A stretch of 13,133 bases of DNA from a virus (lineage: Duplodnaviria > Heunggongvirae > Uroviricota > Caudoviricetes): positions 1 to 13,133 of IMG/VR virus record IMGVR_UViG_3300022821_000011; one strand, 5' to 3'. Positions within the stretch are counted from its first letter, which is position 1; each line of letters starts with the position of its first letter. Below are positions 1-5,484 of this stretch, piece after piece. The position numbers and the translations under genes were made by a program. The notes under the pieces were generated by a model. The model did not search any database. It had not been told where the DNA came from and saw only the letters and a program-made list of their open reading frames with translations.

Positions 1-113
1 CGAGGAGGGACCATATAGCATCGTGCTGTGCCCTTTCGGATTCCTTTGACTCCCAACGCGAGAGGATATACGCTATACTTTATTTATCCTCCATCGCGCA
101 ATAGTGTTATAAG

Positions 114-548
114 TCACTTATAAAAAAACGTACCAATTTCAGCCTCTTCTGGGAAAACATCTTTATGAATTTTTCTTTTCATAAGATAAACTGCAGCCCT
201 TTCTGCCATCCACAAAGGAAGATCTTGGGCCAACATCATTTTTGCACCTCTGGCTGAAAGTTCCCTTCCATAATCCTGTTTAAAAGCGATTTGTTTTGCC
301 TTAATTTTTGCAGGATCGGTACGAGAACCACGGCCCCGACACCAAACATAATATCTAGTGCGAGTCTTATAAGATATTTTGTCACCATGCCAATTAAGAT
401 AAGAAGTGATCTCTGCACCATTTTCCTTCTCGAGAAACTTCTCTTCCTCGTTAAGCTGTTTGGCATATTCTTTAAGAGCATCAATTCGCTCATCGTCAAA
501 ATTGTCAGTGGTGAATTGGTACCCTGGATAAATTTCTTTGTTTGTCAT
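114..548 (-). CDS. Phage hypothetical protein (~144 aa)
   Basis: Long ORF; AGGAG at 562-558 is 9 nt from ATG 548 but only 3 nt from ATG 554, so 548 preferred; own promoter at 578-609. Confidence 0.85.
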   Translation of the reverse strand: MTNKEIYPGYQFTTDNFDDERIDALKEYAKQLNEEEKFLEKENGAEITSYLNWHGDKISYKTRTRYYVWCRGRGSRTDPAKIKAKQIAFKQDYGRELSARGAKMMLAQDLPLWMAERAAVYLMKRKIHKDVFPEEAEIGTFFYK

Positions 549-577
549 AATCATTTTCTCCTATTCTTGATTATGTA

Positions 578-609
578 TTGACATTATCACATTCTGGATA
601 TAATGTCAA
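578..609 (-). promoter_or_regulatory. Palindromic sigma70-type promoter element, copy 1
   Basis: TTGACATTATC-N10-TATAATGTCAA; TTGACA-N17-TAATGT on both strands, extended -10 TG only on minus. Confidence 0.8.
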
Positions 610-632
610 CCTTTATTTTCATTAATTTTCAA

Positions 633-746
633 GCAAGGCCAGCCGATTTGAACGGGCCACTCCATTTAAAGAAACTGTTGCCACGGACTACTGATAATTA
701 ATTATCAGCAATCTTAAACTAGCATAGGCCTAATGCTTGGCCTTGC
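633..746 (-). ncRNA. tRNA-like structured RNA with extended central arm
   Basis: Minus strand: CAAGGCC/GGCCTTG acceptor-like stem (745-739/640-634), GCAT-TAGGCCT-ATGC D-like arm, GCCCG-TTCAAAT-CGGCT T-like arm adjoining the acceptor; 64 nt replace the anticodon arm; no encoded CCA. Confidence 0.5.
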
Positions 747-761
747 CGGAAAAGTAATGAT

Positions 762-1055
762 TTATGTTATCCTCTCAACAATAAAGTCAGGATCATCAGT
801 AGTACTTACCCATCTGAAAATACCATCCTTCTCAAGTAGAATAAAGGGTCCATCACAATTACGGTGCTTCACTGTGTTCACTTGTGTAGATTCGTTCATG
901 ATTATCCACGTATCACCTTGATGATGGACCCTATTCTTTCCATGAGAAGATTTTGGAATAAGACGAGCTCGTTCAGTCGCCTTGAAAACCTCTTCACGAG
1001 TAACTTTGCGTGGTGTTTTACCTAATTCCACCTTTGTTGCTTTTCTTTCTTTCAT
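762..1055 (-). CDS. Phage hypothetical protein (97 aa)
   Basis: ORF in the minus-strand run with normal composition; start uncertain (38-bp overlap with upstream gene). Confidence 0.75.
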   Translation of the reverse strand: MKERKATKVELGKTPRKVTREEVFKATERARLIPKSSHGKNRVHHQGDTWIIMNESTQVNTVKHRNCDGPFILLEKDGIFRWVSTTDDPDFIVERIT

Positions 1056-1314
1056 GTTCCAGTTCTTCCACTACTGCCTGAAGTTTTGCTTGATAAAGAT
1101 CTTCATTATCAATATCTTTAAGTTCAGACAGGGTATATTCAAGAAGTTCTATAAGAGCTTTCCGACATCCAACAATATCTGAAATGTCATTTGATGACCT
1201 AATGACATATGATGAAATAAGTTCGCGAGGCAATTCTTCAATATCTATCATGGTTTCTCTAATAGAGTCACCCATAACTTTTGCTATATCACTAATATCC
1301 ATTCTCTCAGACAT
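1018..1314 (-). CDS. Hypothetical helical protein (~98 aa, MSERMDIS...)
   Basis: GAGGAGAAGAGATT-ATG leader puts the start at 1314; promoter at 1361-1392. Confidence 0.8.
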   Translation of the reverse strand: MSERMDISDIAKVMGDSIRETMIDIEELPRELISSYVIRSSNDISDIVGCRKALIELLEYTLSELKDIDNEDLYQAKLQAVVEELEHERKKSNKGGIR

Positions 1315-1360
1315 AATCTCTTCTCCTCTTGAATGCACTTAGCATTGTGCTGATTATATA

Positions 1361-1392
1361 TTGACATTATCACATAGAGAGGATAATGTCAA
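1361..1392 (-). promoter_or_regulatory. Palindromic promoter element, copy 2
   Basis: TTGACATTATC-ACATAGAGAG-GATAATGTCAA, perfect 11-bp arms. Confidence 0.85.
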
Positions 1393-1395
1393 CCT

Positions 1396-1674
1396 TTATT
1401 CCAATTCTTTTGTAAGATTTTTAATGCACTCATCCATGGTTGGGTGGACATATGGCTCTTGATCTTTCCATGGATTATAAGGGTCGACATCAACGCCATC
1501 CCAAACTTCTTCGCCATGAAACTCCATCACCGAAACAAGATAGCCATCAAAGTCATAAGCAAACCTATTCTCATTGATTTGCCTAGGTCTACAATGAAAC
1601 ATATCAGCCCCATCAGAACTCAATGACTTATCACAACTCTTCAAGATATGAATAAACTTTTCCATATTAGTCAT
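1396..1674 (-). CDS. Phage hypothetical protein (92 aa)
   Basis: GAGGAA SD; lies between palindromic elements 2 and 3. Confidence 0.8.
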   Translation of the reverse strand: MTNMEKFIHILKSCDKSLSSDGADMFHCRPRQINENRFAYDFDGYLVSVMEFHGEEVWDGVDVDPYNPWKDQEPYVHPTMDECIKNLTKELE

Positions 1675-1691
1675 AACTAATTCCTCTTTGA

Positions 1692-1877
1692 TTATGTATT
1701 GACATTATCACATAGAGAGGATAATGTCAACCTTATTTGATCATTGACTTGATTTCTAACTTGTCTAATTATTTTATCCCAAGATTGGTTATCAAGTTTA
1801 TCGTTAGTATATTCCCAAACATGTTCCCAAACATGTTCTTCTACTCGATTTTGTATTTGAAGCTTTACATAAAACAT
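1692..1877 (-). CDS. Dispersed member of the QV/W-repeat micro-protein family; C-terminus reads through a promoter palindrome
   Basis: HVWEHVWE...QVRNQVNDQIR resembles 6767-6916 (QVRFQVNDQIR); residues LTLSSLCDNVN are encoded by the palindrome; weak SD. Confidence 0.65.
   Translation of the reverse strand: MFYVKLQIQNRVEEHVWEHVWEYTNDKLDNQSWDKIIRQVRNQVNDQIRLTLSSLCDNVNT
1699..1730 (-). promoter_or_regulatory. Palindromic promoter element, copy 3
   Basis: Identical to copy 2. Confidence 0.85.
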
Positions 1878-1991
1878 AGCCGATCACCAAACAATTGTTC
1901 AACCACGCGTTTGGATAGGATGGTACACCCCCACGTGGTCGAGTGCTTTCAAAGTAAACTATTCTCTAGAAGCGAGGTTGCTCCTACACCA

Positions 1992-2210
1992 TTAGTATTG
2001 AATAACGTTGTTGATAGAAACAACCATCGAATGAGTGAAACGATCTCCTTGCCGTATATGGAATGATGAGAAATCATGGCGTTTACCAAACTCTTTAGCA
2101 TCAAATACCATTGTATCGAGGCTATTCCTTCCATCGAGGATGAACACTGAACGATCACCCAAAGCAGGTTCCTTACATTTTTCGTCCCAGAAATATTCTG
2201 CGAAATACAT
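1992..2210 (-). CDS. Phage hypothetical protein (72 aa)
   Basis: GAGGAG SD; downstream of element 4. Confidence 0.8.
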   Translation of the reverse strand: MYFAEYFWDEKCKEPALGDRSVFILDGRNSLDTMVFDAKEFGKRHDFSSFHIRQGDRFTHSMVVSINNVIQY

Positions 2211-2236
2211 GTCTTAATCTCCTCTTCGATTATGTA

Positions 2237-2268
2237 TTGACACTATCACATAGAGAGGATAATGTCAA
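2237..2268 (-). promoter_or_regulatory. Palindromic promoter element, copy 4
   Basis: TTGACACTATC-ACATAGAGAG-GATAATGTCAA; minus-strand -10 TAGTGT. Confidence 0.85.
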
Positions 2269-2468
2269 CCTTTAATTTCGTCTTCGACACAAAATTGCTT
2301 TTTAATGTTTTTAAGAACATCATTCAAATCATCTTGAGCATCATAGAAAGCATTTGCGTCATTATCCTCAAATATCTTTGAATGTGTAACACTTTGAATT
2401 TCACAAATTGCCAATTCAATCAAAGCATGCGCTTTACGAAATTCTTTATATCTCCACCATTCTTTCAT
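2265..2468 (-). CDS. Phage hypothetical protein (67 aa)
   Basis: GAGGAGAAGAGATT-ATG leader; TGA stop lies inside the -35 box of element 4. Confidence 0.8.
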   Translation of the reverse strand: MKEWWRYKEFRKAHALIELAICEIQSVTHSKIFEDNDANAFYDAQDDLNDVLKNIKKQFCVEDEIKG

Positions 2469-2499
2469 AATCTCTTCTCCTCTTGTTTCTGATTAATGA

Positions 2500-2531
2500 T
2501 TGACACTATCACATAAAGAGGATAATGTCAA
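2500..2531 (-). promoter_or_regulatory. Palindromic promoter element, copy 5
   Basis: TTGACACTATC-ACATAAAGAG-GATAATGTCAA. Confidence 0.85.
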
Positions 2532-2534
2532 CCA

Positions 2535-2716
2535 TTAAATTTCAGTATTCTTTTTACATACTGGACATATAATACAATCAACAGGTTCTGGAGTGTCTCC
2601 ACCATAATTAGCACCCTTATAAACAGTTATAACGTCTTCCATGGTATAAGCCAATACAGAACTGCAATAGTTGCAATTCACTTCAATACCTTTTTATTTT
2701 TAATGACTTCTACCAT
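2535..2716 (-). pseudogene. Zn-ribbon protein (CxxC...CxxC) split by a 1-nt frameshift; not in ORF track
   Basis: ATG 2716 (TAATG-coupled) gives MVEVIKNKKVLK*; the -1 frame gives GIEVNCNYCSS...CIICPVCKKNTEI* ending at 2535; one extra A at 2691-2695 would fuse them into 60 aa. Alternatively a GTG start at 2681. Confidence 0.65.
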
Positions 2717-3006
2717 TATTCAGAGGCCCATCCTACAAAGATGTGGTGTTTATCATCCTCACTGAACATATGTCCTGCTGGCCCCCATTTATCACTAATA
2801 CGTGGGTCATCATAAAGATCTTCATTATCTTCTACTGACACACCAACAACACCAAGTCGAATAAAATCTCTCTTCTCAGCAATAGTTCCAGTATAACCAG
2901 CATGGCCATAGTCATATCGAGCATTATCTACAGCAACATCAAAAGCTTCTTGTGGTGTAGGATATTTTTCTTTTGAGATCACATATCTGAATGTACACGC
3001 GCCCAT
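2716..3006 (-). CDS. Phage hypothetical protein with EAF...YGHxGYTGTIAEK motif (96 aa)
   Basis: GGAG SD; motif recalled from other large-phage hypothetical proteins. Confidence 0.85.
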   Translation of the reverse strand: MGACTFRYVISKEKYPTPQEAFDVAVDNARYDYGHAGYTGTIAEKRDFIRLGVVGVSVEDNEDLYDDPRISDKWGPAGHMFSEDDKHHIFVGWASE

Positions 3007-3007
3007 G

Positions 3008-3196
3008 TCAATCTCCCTTATATGTCTTTAAAAGATATTCAATCTCATTTGCTTTTGCTTCGATAAAAGAACGAACTTCAGCATACAACTTAAACTCATC
3101 AGAATCTTTCAAAAGCTCTTTGCTTTCCATCTTATCCATATCTTCAAGAACCAAATCAAACATATCTACGATACTTGTCCAATGTTTATTATTCAT
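3008..3196 (-). CDS. Hypothetical protein (62 aa)
   Basis: GAGGAG SD within upstream gene; 8-nt overlap. Confidence 0.8.
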   Translation of the reverse strand: MNNKHWTSIVDMFDLVLEDMDKMESKELLKDSDEFKLYAEVRSFIEAKANEIEYLLKTYKGD

Positions 3197-3413
3197 TTAT
3201 AATCTCCTCTTCTTCGAGTGATTCCATATCAAAGAAATCTTCCCATTGGACAATAACTTCTTCAGGTCCGCAAAGAGTTACAATATATTCCATAGAACCA
3301 CCGCTGATAAAGCTTTCTACTTCAAAGCCATAGTTTTCTCCATCGGCTATAATATCACTTTCGGCAGTCTGGTTCCAATCATACAATTCATAAGAACGAG
3401 TAATGTTTGTCAT
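3189..3413 (-). CDS. Acidic hypothetical protein (74 aa)
   Basis: GAGGAGAAGAGATT-ATG leader; very D/E-rich. Confidence 0.85.
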   Translation of the reverse strand: MTNITRSYELYDWNQTAESDIIADGENYGFEVESFISGGSMEYIVTLCGPEEVIVQWEDFFDMESLEEEEIINE

Positions 3414-3449
3414 AATCTCTTCTCCTCATTGATTGCTCTTGATTATGTA

Positions 3450-3481
3450 TTGACATTATCACATAAAGAGGATAATGTCAA
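3450..3481 (-). promoter_or_regulatory. Palindromic promoter element, copy 6
   Basis: TTGACATTATC-ACATAAAGAG-GATAATGTCAA. Confidence 0.85.
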
Positions 3482-3492
3482 CACTTATTTTA

Positions 3493-3765
3493 TCAATCAC
3501 CATTTAAATATGAACCTTGCAACCACACCGTCCACACATCGTCTCGAATTTCAGTCAAACTGTCAAGATCATTATTTTCTTCACTAGCAATGATTTCATT
3601 CATAAGAGTATTTACCACAACCTGAACAGCAGTGAGTACATGCACCTGATTTGGCCCACAGCCACGTGCTATTTCATGAGCATAGTCATATGCCTCTTTT
3701 GCAGTCGGCCTATCAGCGAACATATCAACTTTAAAGGACTTAGCCAATTCAGCAGTTTTCGTCAT
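3493..3765 (-). CDS. Phage hypothetical protein (90 aa)
   Basis: GAGGAGAAGAGATT-ATG leader; own promoter at 3805-3833. Confidence 0.85.
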   Translation of the reverse strand: MTKTAELAKSFKVDMFADRPTAKEAYDYAHEIARGCGPNQVHVLTAVQVVVNTLMNEIIASEENNDLDSLTEIRDDVWTVWLQGSYLNGD

Positions 3766-3804
3766 AATCTCTTCTCCTCTTGGGTTGCTCTTGATTATGA
3801 TTTC

Positions 3805-3833
3805 ATCTTATACTAGTTTTGTGAGTGTGTCAA
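3805..3833 (-). promoter_or_regulatory. Sigma70-type promoter, non-palindromic
   Basis: TTGACA-N17-TAAGAT, followed by the same ATAATC leader start as the palindromic class. Confidence 0.7.
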
Positions 3834-4033
3834 TCCCCAAAACAATATGGGCGGATAACTTTAACCAAAAGTGCTTCATCACACTCCACCTCTGGATTGC
3901 GCCGAGACTCATCAAAAAGCAACGTGCCTACTGAGTCAAGTGCACCACAATAATGACCATCATCCTGAGGCAAATCAGGAGCGACCTCACGATATGACTT
4001 ATCGATAAAAGCCATTGTTTTTTCTTTTGACAT
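3830..4033 (-). CDS. Hypothetical protein (67 aa, MSKEKT...)
   Basis: GAGGAGAAGAAATA-ATG puts the start at 4033; TGA stop lies inside the next -35 box. Confidence 0.8.
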   Translation of the reverse strand: MSKEKTMAFIDKSYREVAPDLPQDDGHYCGALDSVGTLLFDESRRNPEVECDEALLVKVIRPYCFGD

Positions 4034-4080
4034 TATTTCTTCTCCTCTTAATGCACTTAGCATTGTGCTGATTATGATTA

Positions 4081-4109
4081 AATATATCATATCCAATCGA
4101 TAATGTCAA
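4081..4109 (-). promoter_or_regulatory. Sigma70-type promoter retaining one palindrome arm
   Basis: TTGACATTATC...N17-TATATT. Confidence 0.7.
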
Positions 4110-4144
4110 CATAAAATAATTTATTTTTAGGGCTACGCTGCCTA

Positions 4145-4173
4145 TTGACATCACATTCATTATAATATAATAT
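4145..4173 (+). promoter_or_regulatory. Plus-strand promoter A
   Basis: TTGACA-N17-TAATAT, oriented against all local genes. Confidence 0.65.
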
Positions 4174-4236
4174 CATCTTAATCCAATGAGGAGAGGACAG
4201 AGGTAAGCCTAAGATATAAGGCCAGTCTCTAGGAGG

Positions 4237-4266
4237 ATGGGAACGGCGGTCCTGCGAGCTATCTGA
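4237..4266 (+). other. 9-codon mini-ORF MGTAVLRAI / conserved motif copy A
   Basis: ATG GGA ACG GCG GTC CTG CGA GCT ATC TGA; homologous to 4693-4722. Confidence 0.4.
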
Positions 4267-4299
4267 TCATTTCAGAAGCACTCCCCTCCCCTCCCTGGT

Positions 4300-4328
4300 A
4301 CTCTATCATACTAGAGCTCTGATGTCAA
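4300..4328 (-). promoter_or_regulatory. Minus-strand promoter converging on promoter A
   Basis: TTGACA-N17-TAGAGT with no substantial ORF downstream. Confidence 0.55.
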
Positions 4329-4351
4329 TCCATTCTCTGAAAATAAAGTTG

Positions 4352-4380
4352 TTGACATTATCACATATTTGTATGATAAT
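4352..4380 (+). promoter_or_regulatory. Plus-strand promoter C
   Basis: TTGACA-N17-GATAAT; begins with the same TTGACATTATCACAT as the cassette palindromes. Confidence 0.65.
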
Positions 4381-4381
4381 C

Positions 4382-4594
4382 CTAGCTCCGTCTAGGGCAA
4401 AACAACCATGTAATACTAAGGAACAAAATAAAGCATGGCACGAAAGCCCTCAGAATTGATATCTGCCATATTCTTCCACATAGATAAAAATGCCCTAGAC
4501 GGAGCTAGAGCTCTTCTGATCAATTAGAATCATGGCACGATACTCATCTGATGCAACAAAAGTATCAATAAGTACTGCATTGTTTTGCCCTAGA
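4382..4594. repeat. Nested inverted repeats: one left arm, two right arms
   Basis: 4382-4399 is the exact reverse complement of 4491-4508 (18 bp); 4391-4405 of 4580-4594 (15 bp); CATGGCACGA direct repeat at 4434 and 4531. Confidence 0.9.
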
Positions 4595-4610
4595 TAAACC
4601 AAAAAATATG

Positions 4611-4639
4611 TTGACACCACGCCAAAAATGGTATAGATT
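4611..4639 (+). promoter_or_regulatory. Plus-strand promoter B
   Basis: TTGACA-N17-TAGATT. Confidence 0.6.
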
Positions 4640-4692
4640 GGACGTAATTCAAAGATGGTGTGGATACGTCCTGAGGAGGACACTAGCCTAGG

Positions 4693-4722
4693 ATGGGAAC
4701 GCTAAGCCTGCGAGAAATTTGA
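4693..4722 (+). other. 9-codon mini-ORF MGTLSLREI / conserved motif copy B
   Basis: ATG GGA ACG CTA AGC CTG CGA GAA ATT TGA; GAGGAGG about 12 nt upstream. Confidence 0.4.
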
Positions 4723-4813
4723 AATAAATTCAAATGAAAGGTATTGTATATGTATGTATATGAAATTCAATATAGTATAGTCGAAGTATAGATTTAACTA
4801 ATACTTGGTGTTC

Positions 4814-5104
4814 TTAAGTCTTATCAGTTATATAGTCCAGGATCGCAAGTATTGCAATGCTCGCGGCTGCAATTACTAGTGCGAATATTGCGAAAAAGAC
4901 CACTATCGCAATAATAGCAAGGTATATCCCTACTATTAGCCCAACGACTGCCGCCGCCGCTGCTAGGCCATATCCGAATATAGCTGATATGGATATAGCG
5001 ACTGGTGGTATAGCTATCGATACGAGCGCTATGATTGCGCACGCGGCCCCGACTGTTGCTCCGATGGCCATGATTTTTTCGTTTTCAACTTTCAACTTTT
5101 TCAA
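4814..5104 (-). CDS. Small Ala/Ile/Gly-rich membrane protein (2-3 TM segments)
   Basis: About 75 consecutive almost entirely hydrophobic residues; TTG start overlaps upstream TGA (TTGA), or ATG at 5071. Confidence 0.7.
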   Translation of the reverse strand: MKKLKVENEKIMAIGATVGAACAIIALVSIAIPPVAISISAIFGYGLAAAAAVVGLIVGIYLAIIAIVVFFAIFALVIAAASIAILAILDYITDKT

Positions 5105-5202
5105 CTTTCAACTTTCCGAGATCTTGCGCGCCTCGAGAACTGGTTCGAGCCGAGAGATCTCTCGTGTGCCACGGCGTCTGATTTAATTGTTTCGTAGACC
5201 AT
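5101..5202 (-). CDS. Putative 33-aa basic peptide (MVYETIKS...RRARSRKVES)
   Basis: First ATG after promoter 5245-5273; stop overlaps TTG of the membrane ORF; no clear SD. Confidence 0.35.
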   Translation of the reverse strand: MVYETIKSDAVAHERSLGSNQFSRRARSRKVES

Positions 5203-5244
5203 ATACTATTCTTTCAGTTAACGAACACTGTTTATTATATGATT

Positions 5245-5273
5245 ATATTATACTATATGATCTGATATGTCAA
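5245..5273 (-). promoter_or_regulatory. Sigma70-type promoter
   Basis: TTGACA-N17-TAATAT. Confidence 0.65.
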
Positions 5274-5316
5274 TAGGATATTTTAATAAGGTATGTCTTT
5301 TTCAACTTTTAGATTT

Positions 5317-5484
5317 TCAACTTTTAGATATAGTTTGAATTAAAATTTGAGATGTTATACTACTGAAAATATTATAAGTTGGTGTAAATAAATTATTATA
5401 ATGATAATAATTAGATTGGTCTATAACTTTATGAAAGACTCTATTTCTTATTGCAATATGTATTTCGTGTCTTTTGTTTTTCAT
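5317..5484 (-). CDS. 55-aa micro-protein, last gene of the coupled chain
   Basis: MKNKRHEIH...QTISKS*; ATG overlaps TGA of 5481-5750 (ATGA). Confidence 0.6.
   Translation of the reverse strand: MKNKRHEIHIAIRNRVFHKVIDQSNYYHYNNLFTPTYNIFSSITSQILIQTISKS

Larger units (their letters stand above)
5083..5329. repeat. TTTCAAC heptamer cluster (6 copies)
   Basis: Copies at 5083, 5090, 5099, 5106, and two inside a 15-bp tandem repeat TTTCAACTTTTAGAT at 5300-5314 and 5315-5329. Confidence 0.75.

Noticed and set aside
691-708. Fur box
   Set aside because: TGATAAT-TA-ATTATCA is 7-2-7, not 7-1-7, and is not at a promoter; cassette GATAAT hexamers have the wrong orientation and spacing.
902-910. DnaA box-like TTATCCACG
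   Set aside because: Single 8/9 match inside a CDS.
578-3481. Integron attC sites
   Set aside because: No RYYYAAC...GTTRRRY arrangement, no extrahelical bases, no integrase; the arms are fully explained by -35/-10 boxes.
4382-4594. Retron msr-msd
   Set aside because: Inverted repeats fit loosely but no RT gene nearby and the two-partner layout is not retron-like.
4495-4683. Minus-strand 62-aa ORF
   Set aside because: No SD, crosses a promoter and the repeats; likely spurious.
4640-4725. Hammerhead ribozyme (CUGAGGA core)
   Set aside because: No stem II closed by C-GAAA and no matching stem III/NUH site found.
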